Below are positions 37,221 to 52,400 of a stretch of DNA of 64,000 nt, in pieces. Origin of the DNA: Ophelia neglecta (Eukaryota); the NCBI GenBank assembly GCA_965285935.1, contig OZ260664.1:90024001-90088000 (forward strand). The letters are read 5' to 3'. Positions within the stretch are counted from its first letter, which is position 1. Each line of letters opens with the position of its first letter. The translations under genes were made by a program, and so were the position numbers. Below the pieces are notes generated by a model. It ran no database searches. It was given only the letters and a program-made list of their open reading frames with translations, and was not told where the DNA came from.

Positions 37221-38121
37221 AGTGATGTATGCTTACAACTATTACACTCCTACGGCTGTAATCATGCACATAATATATCATAACATATTTTATTTTCTCT
37301 TCTTTCAATAATTGGAACACTATTTTATTGATAATTTGTGACCTTATGAATTTGAACTGTTTAAATGGGTTTTGATAACTGGTTTTGCCACGTTTGCCCA
37401 GTATGTAGTATTTATTATTTTACATCGCCTATCTTATCGTTATTTTAATGCTAGCAATAATTTTCTTGCTTATTAAACATGCTGCAATTTCCCATCCAAC
37501 ATAAAGATGAATTTTGGTTGAACCCTTCTCAAATAAAATTTTATTTATATTCGAACAAGTTATTCTGGTGTGTTACATAGATGGATTCTTATATATTCGC
37601 TTAGGCAAAAGTGACTTTACTTTGTCCAATAAGAATTAAGGAGTTGTAACGATGGCCATGATGTTTGCAGTTGCCGCGATCATAGTTCAGTTGTCCATAA
37701 AGAGACAAATGTAATTTTACTTGCCCCTGGCCTGGAAACATTAAAGTAACAGCGTCTTCGGGGATTATTTGTTCCCATTAAATGTTCCTCGTGAATCATA
37801 CCAATGAGGATGGGTGATCATTAGTGCTTTATGTTGCCATCTAAATATAAAGTGTGACACAGTCCTGAACTCCTGCCAAACATTTATATTTCATATGTTA
37901 TAAATTGGGCTTTTATGTTCATAATTATTGATCCTCTTTGGGAATATTTATGTGATCCCCATAGTCCCATAGGATATTTCTGGATCAATATTCATTTGAG
38001 ACAAAATTGAAGCCGAAATCATTCCAATTATTTTAACAGATAACTGCATTTGAAAGCGAACATATATTGGAATAATAGTACAATGGTTCTTAATTAAAGT
38101 TTATTGAATATTAGAAATTGA

Positions 38122-38271
38122 ATTAACTACTGGTTTGATAGTCTGAGAACAATGAAATCATTTAAAACAGAACTTGACCGCCTTTTGCTGGCCATTGATC
38201 ATGAAATAGCAGAACAAAATAGTCTTATGAACGGTGACAAAGTCACTAAGCACACCTTGTTCCTAGCTTAA
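38122..38271 (+). mobile_element. Possible decayed C-terminal fragment of a CR1/L2-group LINE ORF2
   Basis: Translates as WFDSLRTMKSFKTELDRLLLAIDHEIAEQNSL, resembling the recalled pattern (W/F)NSLP...FKxxLDxxL...NSL at the end of such ORFs. No RT motifs are visible upstream. Confidence 0.25.
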
Positions 38272-38655
38272 TTGTACAGAATTGTACAATTGAGTGTTTC
38301 TTAACTAAGATACAGCCAAAAACCGGTGTCCTTCGCGAAAAAATCGAATGTTGATGCACCACGTTAAAACAATCTGCTGCTATGTTTGTCCTTCTTAATC
38401 AAGTATTTAAATCTAGCTGCCACATATCAACTATACCAACAGTGCAGCATATGCATTTCTTGGTCGCTCTAATGATATAAGTGAAATCCTTCTGCATAAT
38501 GGTATTTCCCCCTTCCAGGTTACATATCATAAAGTTATCTGTTATCTCATTCAATATGTAGCAAATGTATTGGCATGCAATTGTAATTTGTTTTTCTAAG
38601 AGAAATAAGCACAATGACTTTTCTGAACTACACCTTATGGAATTGCAGGACTCCA

Positions 38656-38774
38656 TTAAATTTACAGTTTTTATACAACAATTAGCAAAAGTCATTATTG
38701 CAATCAATTTAAATTTACAGTTTTTATACAACAAAATCATTATTATTATAGCAAAAGTCATTATTGTAATCAAT
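38656..38774. repeat. 53-bp tandem duplication; second copy carries a short insertion
   Basis: TTAAATTTACAGTTTTTATACAACAA...TAGCAAAAGTCATTATTG.AATCAAT occurs at 38656 and 38709. Confidence 0.92.
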
Positions 38775-41700
38775 GAAAAGTTGTTTTTATCCAATTTGAA
38801 ACGTTTGATACGCTTTTCATTTCAGCCAATAACAACATTTCCTCAGTTTAAGACACACTTCTGCTGTTTAGTTATTGCCCCGGCTTCTATAAGGTGTGAC
38901 TCGTACAATTTCAGTATAGCGTCGTTTCCTTGGCTTTATATTAGACAGTTACAGCTGGGAAACAACATAAACACTAGTCCCTTTGGGAAGGTCACATATT
39001 AAACCCTTCCTGGCATACTTTGAAATGGCATAACGTCTAGACATTCACATATATTGTGCACAAGCTGAATGCGTGAAAAGGGCTTATCGTGGCTTTCAGT
39101 TACTCCAATAGTGTAATTATCACATAAGTCCAACAATTACTTACGTTTAGAAGGGCACGAATCACGGATGCACACATAGAAACATTCCTTTGGTGATTTG
39201 AAGGAGGCAGGGGCACCAGAACCATGGTGCTTTATATGCAACATAGGCTGTCAGTTTTACTAAGTACCCTCTTTAAAGGTGAATAGAAATCAATACAAGG
39301 CAAATCGCTAATCTGCCCTTGAGCTTCATAGCCATTATCGTTTATGTTGGAGCAAAGGCCACTTTTATGAAAATTTGGCCACTTCCTTCAACAAAACGTG
39401 AAGTACAAGGAAGAAATGCAATTATTTTTTGAAAATAAGACAGGAGGGCTAAAGGTGCAATCAGTGTACAAATACTGTAATTACAAACCACCTGCATCTC
39501 GGACAAGAACGTCTCAATCTTTGAACAAAGTATCCTGGAGATTTGTTTTGGGATTCCGGTCTATATAAATGGTAAATTATCTCTTTGATTTATCAAGAAA
39601 CCTTGTTGTTGTTACGCTATGCCCTGTTTGGTAGATTGTATGCTTGGTATAAGGATGCACACGTGGGAACCTGACAATTCGTTTAAAGTAGTTGATAGCC
39701 TTCTCTATTTGAACAAACCTGACTAAAAATTACTCAATCAAATTGGCAATCCATGAACCCTTTCACCTATTTGATGGCTGAAAAAGTGCATTGAGGAGAA
39801 GGACCGCAAATGTATGAATTCTGACACAGATGTTACTCCTAGTCTTTGATAAACAGCGAATGCAATATTTTATGTTGATAACAACGAGCTTGTTAAAAAA
39901 AATAAACCATAAACATGTTTTATGTTCTTTTGCCAACCTCCATAGAAGTAATTCTGTAGCAATCCCGGGCTGAAAAAAAGAATGTGAAAGGGCTGTTCTA
40001 TTAATGGTTCCTGTCGTCAGCTATTCGGATCTGTTCAGACCGTTTACTCCAGCAAGACAGTTCAAGGATAAGCTCTATCTTTCTCCACCACCAGCCTTGT
40101 ATTAGTCCCGTCTGGTAACTGCTGGATACATGTTTTGAAATACGTTCGACTCAAAGATGACCGGTAAGAAATTGCTGTCTGGAAAGTGAGATTACCAATG
40201 TATATTTAATGTATCTTCATGCTTTTTTTCCAATCTTCTTATATTCATTATTTAGAATGTTTACATCTTATAGCCGAGAAAATTCGGTGCATGTGGCTAA
40301 TATTATACATGTCTTTTTATGATATGGTGTACTATAGAATTTCTGCTTGCAATGTGACTATAAAGGGCGGACCTAGCATTTGTGTTATAGCATGAAGGAG
40401 AGCCAAATGTCCCTGTTTGATAACACGTTGAAACAGTCTGGTGAACAGTTTACTGCACTCGTTGAATTCAGGGGATACTTTTGCAAAGGACTGGCATCAT
40501 TAGGATGTGGCAGTACCTTCTTGAAAAAAGCCCCATCAAATGCCACTGTGTCTGTTGTAATGGCGTGTGTTATGAAAAAGAATAACACAACGTCGTAACC
40601 ATACAATTAACCTAACGATTGTTTTAAGATATGAACGTACTCGAGGATTGATTAAAAGATTCAATGATTATGTAAACTATACACCTCCCCTTCCTAAATA
40701 TCGTGTGATACGACTCCTTAGATTTGCCGCCACGTATTCCTCTTTTAGATGACAATAGGTAAGGTGCCGTGTATTGCTAAACAATCGTTTTAAATTCCTG
40801 TCTAAAGAGGCTGATTCTATTATGCTAAAATGCAAAATAATTGCTGATACGCGCGGTAATCAGTTTACCGTCAACACGTGTTTCGCTGAACAGCTAAATG
40901 AAGAATGTGTCATTATATAAAGCTCACAAGAATCAGTTTATGTCGAATGAGTTTCTTATGTTGTTTAACTATTTCAACTAACTATGAAAGTTGTCGCTCA
41001 CTATTTCTTACCATATCCCCTGACATACTACGGCTGTTAATCATCTTATAAGTCTTTTGTGACCATTGAGTTTCATCACAGTGATTTGGCATTCGTAAAA
41101 CAACATGACCACTGACTTCAGTCATGTAACCCGATCCTTTGTAATGTACTTAAACGACACAGTATTTATAAGCACATGGTGCTATGTCTGATTGTCAAAC
41201 TATTCCTTGCTATGCACCGCAGGGGTACATTTTGACCCCACGAATCTTGTTAATATAATTGTAAATGATACGGATGGCCCGGTCAAATGTCAACTGTTCC
41301 TTTTGCTGATGATGTAGCGCTTGTTATCAGCCGTAGGTCTGTTTCGCAATATGTGACTAGTTGTAAACTATCTTCATTTGCATAGGACAGAGTGAATAGA
41401 TTTCAATACATAAGTAATGTTTTCTGGATGCTGTTTTAAGTAGGCCTTCTGACAATATTTTGACCATAGCTGTAGATATTGTATTCTAATATAAGTAAAT
41501 ATTCCAGATAAGAATAGAGCACATCCAAAACAAAGCTATCTTATATGTGCCACATATGTTTACCCGAACACATCCAGAAAGTTGGGTGACTAAATATTAT
41601 TGGTATTGTTTATCACATATCCTCGTTGCTAGTGTTTAAATGTGTACTTAAATACTTGGAATCTCGACCTAGAGGCAGGCATTCATAAGTAAAAAAGTGA

Positions 41701-44700
41701 TAAACATTTGATTTGTCTAACCGGAAAATCTGTCCAAAATACTTTCTTATTTCAAGATGTGAAATGTGATGTTTGTTCTTTTTCACATTTTTGTCTGTAA
41801 TTATATATGCTTTATATTTCTGGTTCTGTGGCATTATTCAGAGCCTGCTGCAATGTCGACCTATCCAAAATAATCATCAGATTGATTCAATATTCCTTGT
41901 GTCGACCTCCTGAGTTTTTTTCAAAAACATTTATGATATGACTATATTACTCATAACCAAACAATTCTTTTCCATTTTATCTTACCCTATACCCCAAATA
42001 CTCTATTTGTTTGCCTGCGTTGATACCTCATTGGATTGAATACCATCCTCTCCATTTTTGGTGCAACCAAATTGCACTTTTATAGATTCGGCTCCCAAAC
42101 CACAGTGTTTACATGAAGTACTGAACCATATTAACTTCATAGTATCATGCCATTTATCTAGGCAATAGAATTGCATTAAACTTTTGGTTGTCCTTTATGA
42201 AATATGAAGCCTTAGAATCATTTCTTTGAAGACACCATAATTAAACAGGAAGTGTCTATAGACGAAGTTTTTCATCAAACCATAGGAATGAAGCAACCGG
42301 AGACATTTAAGTATTTTGGAAGCACATTTGTGCCCCTCACCCGGGAATAGTTTTTAAGATCAGCTTGCTAAGAAATGAGTATTATCAGACTTTTTTCATA
42401 TGAATTTCGGTTGATGACTAGTTTATTTGCTTTCAATCGTAATTGCTTTAAAATTAACACCGAACGCTCTGATACTATGTTTACACAGATATTTTGGCCG
42501 ATAAAGAAAGACGTATAATAAGATGATCACTTCTCGATGCACTTCCTACGTCAATGATTAAACAATCCAGATAGTAATCGTATGCTTTTCTTCCCGATTT
42601 CATATCATATATGGGACTGGATTTCTACTTTTGTTAACCAGGAAGTGTTGTTTTCTTGCTTAAATGACTGTGCAAGTATGTACGTTTTTAATTACCTAGT
42701 TAATTCAGGGGCTCATGTAATTTCTCTTCTATATTCAACCATGCGAGACATGCGAGTGTTATTCTTATTGACATTGTGATATGTTCCTCAGATTACAGTG
42801 AATTCATTAAAGAATAACGCTGTGAAGTATGCATCAATGTTAATCAATGCATGGTATATAGCATATTTGGGAACAGAAAATTGACAATAATCGTAATCGA
42901 ATTAGTTAATGATTACATTTTATCCCTTCTGAACTTTAATTCAAAGAGTTCGACGTGATTTTGCATGTTTAATTGTTTTTATAAGGTAATAACATAGTGC
43001 TTTCAACATAAAAGGTTCGCTATGAGACCACGTAGCCAATACGCAATGGTCCCGTGGTGAATGTGGGGTACTTGATATCAACTGGGCTTAGTTCTATGTA
43101 TGTTTATCATGTTCTCCAAGTCATAGCTTGTAATAAGCCTGCAGCATTTACCACATCATTCGGCTTAGGGTGCATTAGCGGGTTGTTGTCAAAGCGACTA
43201 CACAACGAATTTACACTATACCAAGCAGAGGCTGTTTATGCAAAAGCTTACAGGGGAGAAAACATGACTACTATCATATCTGTGAAAACTAGTTGGTACA
43301 CTTTTCGATATCAAACATCATTAAGTAGCTCAAACATAACCCTTTTGCAAGTCGCTTCAAACTTACTAGTCGGGGCCACTCGGCCGGGCAAAGGTCGGCT
43401 ATATACTGCCGAGAAATCCAGGCAGAACTGTTCATTGTCCGTCGGCAATGGGCCATTTATCCTATTGATCGGTTAATAGCTTCCAGACAATACCCATAAT
43501 CTGATCGCGTGAACACGGCTTGATACCACTAGTACAGTGTACTCGAGTCATTCTGAGGCACTGCTGGCCCTAGACCGCAGGCTCAAAGTCGGGTGTTAGC
43601 ACTGGCAGGTGGTGGAGAAAAACGAGAGGGGATACCCGCCAGACAAAGCAAAAGCATCAAACAGGGAAGGTTCGGTAAATCGGTTAGAAACCATCACGAA
43701 ACAGCTGCTTCAGGCTCGCAAACAACAATCCCTATATTTTAAACTGTAAATAAACTTCAAATAAACATGACCCATATCAATTGTTTGGAAAGATTGCATA
43801 ATAGAGAAACGAAATTCTTCAGGCAAATAAGCACCGCATAGTAAATATGTAAACAGAGCCATTATATTCCTAAGCGACAGTACATCGATATAAGGCTACA
43901 TGGGGTTAGTAATAAATGAATAATGAGTAGAAAACATTGATAAGGACGAAGGGAGCGAAACTAAAGCAGAATAAAATATTGACGAAACCAGGAAATGTCC
44001 AGAATGCCGAAAGTAAAAAATAGCATTGAAATTGGGCGAAATTAAAAAAAAAATGAAGAAAGTAATTAGATTAGTTAAACTGCAGAACAAACGAAATAGG
44101 AGTGGGCAGACAAAAGCTATATCGTCAAGAAAGAATGGTCCATTAATTGGTTTGATGTCATCATTGGAACCAGTAACCACAAGGTCACATACATCATTCC
44201 CCAGGTCCCAAAAAGTAAATAAATGTCCGATGCAAAAATAAGATGATACTACTTGCAATGAGATTTAGTCAACAGTTGTCCATGACGCGGGTCGGAGCAC
44301 ACAACAAACGATTCAGTGGTAAGCATTTGGAAGATAGGTAACGAAATTAAGAAAAGTTGTGGAACCTGAAGAAACTAGCCGAATGCGGAGAATGTTGCAT
44401 AAAGTGTTCAAACATGAGTGTAAGAGTACATCCCTTTTACTATGTTTCAATTACCTGCCAATTGAAAATGATTTCAATCACTTAGACCAAACTATCTTTA
44501 ACACAATTAAATTTTTGGTTACATTCATTTTGAAAGTCTGCATTACAAAATAATTGACATCGTCTATTTCTAATGCAACCAATTTGTATCCTTCTTATTC
44601 ACTTAATTTGGCTATAATCGCGTCAGAAAAATCCTCGAGCTTATATTTGTTCGTGCATCTTTTCTTCCAATTATTTCCGTGCATACTTTATTTCATTAGT

Positions 44701-47700
44701 GTTCGTTTCTTTCACAGGAGAAGCCAGAGGAACGCAGGGTACATAATTTACTTCTTACCCAGTAATCCTACCTCACCGAAGTGACTGTTAAACATACGTG
44801 TACCCAGTAAACCGGGCTTACAGCGATAAATGGTAGTAAATATTTGTGCCGTTTGATACCGGTTAAGTTATTATCGGATTATTTAAACCTACAATAGGTT
44901 AGCCACACCACTGTCCACAACCCAGCGCCAACCTACAATCTCATTTGATTTGCGAAAAGCTTTCTCAAAGCAAATGATCTATCGCTACACTGTGTTGACT
45001 TCCAGAAGAAAAACATTGGGAACTAGATCCGAGCCCCTTTTACACTGGGGCTGGAGACAAACTAATTAGTAAAACGGTTTATGAAAGTAGCATTTCTTAC
45101 ATGCCGCTCAATTATTCTCTGTGATTTGAAATTATATTAAAATAAAAAAATATACTCCTACTTGCTTGCTAAAACACCGATGGCCCAAGTCATCGGAGGA
45201 ATGTACGTTTAATTACAATAACCACTTGGACGAACTATTGCTATAAATTTGCGCACTCAATCGCAGCGACTGACGCCCCAGGTTACGGGGTACTAGCCTC
45301 TGCTTGCAATATGTACAGCGACTGGCTACTCAACTGCCCGATCAATGCATTGCCAATCACACGTAACGCTCAGCATAAAACATTGGCTTAGTGTCTTTTA
45401 TTTTAGCCCGTTTGCTTTTCATGTAAATGAAGCAGATATCGTTGAGTTAAGACATGGTTCGTCTTTCTATAAAGCTTCCCACGTGTGTGTTTTTAGTTTG
45501 TGGCCTCTTTGGTGTGATTGGGATTATTCAATGCACGCAGAGGGTCCTAAAATATTCATGCCTCTAATCATTATATTTACATTTTACTCCCGAGTTTTAG
45601 TGCGATTAAATACCTAATGCAATTAAATCGTATCTTAAGTGTTATATTGTCGTTGCATGCACACGGTTTATGGCATCCATTACATGGAAATCGCGTCTAC
45701 TATGGACCATCGGGTGCATGGAATATGAAGCAATTTGCAAAGATAGCATTTCATGTAAAGGTTACTTCATTTATTCAAAACAATATCCACGTTATTACCT
45801 GATAACGTTAGTACAACTGATGAGGGCACCAATCCCTGACACAACGTATACTCCATGCATTGCTTTGCAAAAATCTGTCGAAGATTCTAAAAACCCAAAA
45901 AATAAAATGGCAGTACAAACTAGCACACGTGCTTTATGGAAGAGCACATTTCATATTAACCCTTTCAACACAATACCGCTCTTCAGATGGCAGATACCTC
46001 GGAGTTACTGATACTCGGTAGTTGGAGGGGTTAATCACATGATAACATCACCCTAGTGGTTTAACTTCTTCTTAGTGTGTCTTTGGAAGCCAGAAGCCAT
46101 GATGTAAAGAACTTGAAATTTAATAGGTATTATTTGTGATGTGCGAAATGATACATTCCTAGTACAAACACGGACAACAGATATTTCAACAGTACAAATG
46201 GCTCTGCAAATATAGAAGTAATAAACGGGAATTTTAGCTTCATTAATTAAGGACTGAACTTTTGCCAAAGTCCAAGGTTTGCTAACGACACAACATTGAC
46301 TTTAAGGAAATATAGTGTTAGGTGTATATAAGTTTATTACAGGCTGGAAGAGAAACTAAATATGTGAATAAAAGGAATGCAGCAAATAGTCTGGTTCCCA
46401 GAATTCAATCTCGACTTCCTTGGAAAACATCAAGTCTAAATATTAAATCAACTAAAATATTTGCATCATATTTTACATATATGTATCTAAGAAGGATTAA
46501 ATACTGAAAGCACATCATAAATTGTTACTTAAAACCTATGAGACTTCGTCAGAAATCGACGATATTAATGGTTTACATTGCAAATACGAACAAAGTTTCA
46601 TGTTTGAATAGATACGTTATTCCTTATATATTTATTGACAGAAATTGATAAGCAAAATAAAGAAAATGACCTGACATTAAGATAGGTATTTATTTACCCA
46701 TTTCAATGTGGAAAAAAAGATCCCGAGCTTCTTAGCTTTGCCCAGGAATTAAGTATATGGCCATGCCGTGACGGATAATAGAAATTGGTCGTTTTTCGAA
46801 CACATAACTCACATGCTTGAGACAGGGATATAAAATTTTGATGCTGACTACTGTAATAAATATCACTTTCCCCAAGCTTCCTGGTAAAATGATATGACAA
46901 GGCAGGAAAGCATTCACCAATAATATGTGATCGGGTGCCATCAGCCATCAAACCAACATTACCATCCATGCAATATTTATAGGAGCTTATAATAAAATAT
47001 CGGCCCACCATGATTCTTTCTTGAACAAGACCAAAGATGCCCTAGGTATTATTTTATGAAAAAGACAATGTCCCCCAAATCTTAAAGTATGCTATTCTGA
47101 CATACACGCGAAAATATCAACAAAATGCCAGGTAGCAGTGGTAAACAGAACCTATCTAGTTTACTGCATAGCAATTAACAGTGTATCCATTTTTAGTTTG
47201 AAGGGTTGCACAAAACCCCGCTACAAAGATAATTAAAGTGCTTGAAAGATTTTTTTAAGGCATTTTATTTCAAGAAATACGTTACTTTGTATTTGGCTTT
47301 GTCCACACAACAACGACCATATATAAGGAGCAGATCCTGTATTAGATCGAGATATATAAGGTGTCTCGACCACGTCCGCGCGCTCAGGCTAAAACTATCC
47401 CTATAATGTCAGCGCATGAGCCTTATAGTATCCGGTTTTAGGCACATTGTTTAGAAATAAAGCGAGAATATAGCAAATATGTAAACCAGATTATTTCATA
47501 AAGTTCCAATCTAATGATATAATAATATGTTGTCCTTTTTAATATCGGTTTTTGCTAGCGTATATTTGCTTTATGAATGACTGCAGATGGCCAATCCGTA
47601 CATGATAAAAGCCATGCTGACCTATCTTAGAACCAAGAGATCAAGACATTTTCATTTTGGTGAATTTAGTATTTCCTTGTCAATACTAGGTCAGGTATGT

Positions 47701-49341
47701 TGTTAAAGCAGTAACTTTATGGTATTGATTCTCGATGTAGTTAATCCCCATTCAAAGACATATAAATTGCTCAGACATGTTCTTCGCTAAATTGTGCGAA
47801 AGAGCCAACACCATCAAGCCTCCCTTGGCACATCCCTCCATTGAAAAATTATGGAAAGTCATATCAATGTTTGGTTTCGAATGTTTCATCTTGTTACATT
47901 GATTGGGAGCCGGAGATTAATATATTGATGTGTGTGGTGCTGCGGCTGCTGGTTCCTGATGAATTTGGATCGATCAAATCGACTCTTCTTAATCAATGCA
48001 TTTACATTGAGTGCCGGGTATGCAGTCCGGTTTTTTATGGGCCTATCGGGCCATAAAGCAACCAAACCATACTGCTATTGCTTAAATATATAATAAGTAT
48101 ATTCCATGAAAACGTAATTGCAACAAACACTTTTTACATGCATAATCCATATATTTGGCAATCCATGGAAATTCTATCCACAATGGAACAAGAAACAGCA
48201 AGAATTTTTATTTTATGTGAATGTTCTTAAGGGAGCAAAACACAATGAACGTTGCAACATATTCCTCGTTCGCTAGAAAGATACATGGTGAATCGATGAG
48301 CCCTTTGAATACGGAATAACCTTCTCCAGGACGCCATGTTGTGAATGCAGTACATTCTCGTCTGCCTGCCTGCAAAAGTGATTCCCCATTGTTAATCGTC
48401 TTGTGCGATAAACTTTCAGGATAAACCGAATCAAATTGGTGGGAGTATTCACGTTTACATGGTATAAATAAAGTGTATAGTATCACCTTAGGTTGGATTA
48501 TAGGGTTAACTAAACACAGACAGTGGGACCGGTCTCCAGGGGAACAATCGTTAACTGGTGTCCATCCGCCATCAGTCCCATCGATCGTCATTATTCTCAT
48601 CACTGCATAAAACCTGCTCGGGTGAAATGGTCTTGTCATCATCAGCACACACCCCAGGGGTTCTTGGGTAATATAGACAGTATGCACCAAACAACCCGTT
48701 ATGCATGTATTGAATACATGGTACTCTACAAGAATGTTGGCACATTGATCAAGTTTGTGTTTCCACAGCTATGTTCGCAAAAGCCATGTTCAATGAAATT
48801 CACCCCTCAAAAAAATAACAATATTATGTTTCTCACTTACGAAAAATGTGTTTGATCGGCGAATATTCACGCACAACGTTTCGCAAGAAAGGCAAAAGCC
48901 ATTTAAAAAATGACTTGGGTGCTGCTTCAAGACCATTATTCAGCAGTGACCAACTAGGAATATGTAATCATGGGCTGTGGAAACTTTACTTAAATACCTA
49001 TTGGATAGCGGACATGCCGTATCACCTTTTGTCGAGGAGTGAGTGGGTGCAGCGGTGAGTGGTACGGTTGTGAGGCATCCAAAAAACAATTAATTTACAA
49101 CCCCCAAGCTATAAGACCTCGGTATTCAGGATCATTTGCCCTCATTCCCAAACTCCTGCAGTGTCTTTTAATACATTTAGCTTATTAAGACAAATGTGTA
49201 AATAAAATTCTTGGTTTTGATAGAAAGGGCCAAATATCAATGAGAAGTAAGATTCCTTCGATGTACACACCCTGCAACATGGTTATGTTTATTCAATAAA
49301 AATTTACTCTCAGTATTATAAACATAGATATTTTGTGGTTA

Positions 49342-49435
49342 CCCGTATTTCGCATCCACCACCACGCTAAGCCCCCCCCCCCCCCTCCCCTTCGTTTTTG
49401 CACTACTAAAACTAAAACCCCTCATTAAATACAGG
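49342..49435. mobile_element. Possible tiny TA-flanked MITE remnant
   Basis: TA|CCCGTATTT ... AAATACAGG|TA (8/9 match). The terminus resembles that of 2082-2484. Confidence 0.3.
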
Positions 49436-52400
49436 TATAATGCCTCCCTTTTTGTTAACAACAAGTCTCCAAATAACCCCCACCCGTCCAACTTTTGGGC
49501 CAAAGCAAATACCTTTTCAGAAATTGGATTGGACACCTGGCAGACAAAGCCATATAATTTACAGTCCATCTATCCCATATCACCAGGAACCAGCAGCTAC
49601 AACACCAGACATATCATTAAATCTCCTTCCACCTCCCAAAAATAAAATTAACTAGTTACAAAATAAAATATTCCAAAACAAACTAAATATGACATCACTT
49701 GCAATAAGGCTAAGAGTTCTTAAGGTCCTTTCCCGAATTTACAAGACAATAAGTGCTATTTTCTACTAACAAGGGATCATTCGTCAAACTCGTACATCGT
49801 TGTGTACCCGACAACGCCCTCCTGAAACCATAGTATGCTATTTGCAGACCATATTCCGTATGTTGACTTACTTTTTCCCTTTTTTGACCGACTTTTGTCT
49901 GCGAACTTTTGCAGATCAGAAAAAGGCCTTACAAATATATTTCATATATACCATATTCCCTCCCGCCTGTACTTACAACACTAATATGGATTTGCACACT
50001 TATCCAAATGGCAAATCACAGGATTTATATTGTATGACCGATCGCAAGTCTATCCTATTTGGAAATAAGTAGAGATAAAACAAGCCTTGAAAATCTGTCT
50101 TTCGTAAATGATTGAGCTGCTGAGCTGTTGAGGAAATCATGAAATCTGAAAGAGCACGAAGCAACACAAATCGCACACCCGATATATCAGGCAATGTAAT
50201 ATGCGTTAAAATGAGTCCTGGTAAAGTTGCCGAAGGATTAAAAAAATCAGTGACGCCTTTAGTGAGCCTGTGTAAATTTGATGTGAATTAATAATATCAA
50301 CCCTAGACAGGGAGAATAACGTGTATTTTACAGTCCTGGAAGAAATTAGTCATTGACGTTGGCCATGCGAAATATGGATGGCTAATATATATTTTTATAC
50401 TTTAAGAGTTCAATTATTTATGTTTATATTTGTATTTCTATTTATTTAAAAATTTAGACGTATTTTCTTACCGAGGATTTGCACTTAAGAAAAGTGTTAA
50501 GAAAATAAAATATTTATCATTCACTATTTAACCAAATAGCAAATATGTATTGCTTGCATTAAGAATACGGACATGGCAAATCAGACTAATTTCAACAATG
50601 TTAGGTAAAATTTTGCACGGGGCCATATTATAATGTCCCAAAAGACGTGTTTATTTACAGACTTAAAGTAAAATCGAAATTTTACCATACGTTGTCTTTT
50701 ATCTGGTCGATCTTTGTCAGCTACCCGTGTCACTCAATTCTTTCTCTCCTCGGCTAGGATGTTGCATAACGAGATATGACATACATCCGACCAGTCGCTT
50801 AACCCACGTGATCTAGGCTGATTTACGGTACACTGCAAAGTATGATGCAAAAGGGGTAATTTCAATGTTTGGTTCGAAATGGAGATGCAACAAAGCAAAG
50901 AAATGAACAGTACGACGCCACAACAATGCATGAGGTTGCTGTTTTCTCAGAACGTAGTCCCTATTGCATTAATCCTCCCCCTCTCTTCCTCCCGAAAAAG
51001 TTTCAAGGCATGCCGAAACTCGTATTGTATGACACGTAGTCTAGAAAATCTTAATGTATAATGTTTACTTTCCAGTAATACCTCACCAGGGTTATTTACT
51101 TGTACGAGTTTTTTGACATGGAGTCCACATGTTGAAACACATTGCCCAGATGGTTATGTGTGGTGTGAACGCCGCCACACCCTAGCCTGGCGTCGGTTGT
51201 GAATGATATCACACACTGGCCTGGTGCCCCTTTGTTATGTGCTGCAGCTGTGGCATGTATCGAACTATCAATTCAATGTATATTCTGACAATAAGGTATA
51301 CGCACCTATATATTTGCTCTAGCAATAGCTTAAACTAGGCTCCGTATTGAAGAGGTTGATCGTTGTATACGCCGTATTCAAGGTAGCTTAGATGATAATA
51401 TCCCCCACCCCCCCTGCATGTGCAACATTTTTATTATAGTTTGACAGGGAGCGGGTTGTCGCGGTAGCGTGATATGGTAAGGAATGTATATCCAGCAGAG
51501 TGCAAAAATGATAGTTTAACAACATCTCCTTTCATTATAAACCAAGAATAGCACATCCTGGTAAATAGCTATGTTTACATAGCAACTAATTATTATCATA
51601 ACAGGATAGTTGGCACCTATTCGGTGATTAATGATGAAATGCTGCTGGAGAGATTGATTGTTACTGTGCAGTGTACACGAAATCCTCTATGGGTTGATGA
51701 AATAAATGATCTTTCCGCGAGTAGAATGGAAAAAACGCAGTTCTCTCCCTGCACCAAGTTAATTGATCCCTTCCTTCTACCTTCGGGCACAGACAGACTA
51801 TCAGGTGGACGGTTCCCATGAGAGACGTTTGAATTAACGATCAACAGTCAAATGTCTAATGGCAGCAAGTCTGTGTTGAGTAATTGAGACTGGCAATTAC
51901 TACAGGTGGATTTAGCCTGTTTATCATAAGATATCAAACAATGCCCGTCAATAAAATTGATGCTTAATTTGGGATGGCTGCATCAACAATAACCGGCATT
52001 CATTATATATAAACAATATGTGGAAATGACAGGACAATTGATACATAGAAAGCATTTCATGCATTGTATACGAAATGATACTACGCAAAACTGAAAGTGA
52101 ACATATTGCCATTCTTTTTACACATTTCCGTATTGCCAAGATTAAAATGGTCATCTTAACATTTTGATATTAGATAATTTAAAGCTTTAAAAGTGGTTAT
52201 TCGTTTTCTGCTCAGATCGAGATTGGTTACCCCCAAAAGGCAAAAAGTTTGAGTGTATTGGAATAATATATTATAGTTATCTTACCGTTCAACCAGGCTT
52301 TCAAAATGTAGATACCGAATTATCGATAAAGTGGAGAAAAGCGATCCTATATTGAAAACAGCCAGCGAGTTCTTTTAACATTATCTCTCCCTTGGTCAAT

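Noticed and set aside
38399-39002. Overlapping 131-aa and 145-aa ORFs
   Set aside because: AT-rich, low-complexity frames extended by the 53-bp duplication.
40385-40606. ORF with a hydrophobic start and CxxxC (PAN/apple-like?)
   Set aside because: Too few cysteines, non-ATG start and no splice support.
51573-51586. RFX X-box-like GTTTACATAGCAAC (another at 19832-19845)
   Set aside because: Isolated degenerate motifs are expected by chance in 64 kb, and no TSS is linked to them.
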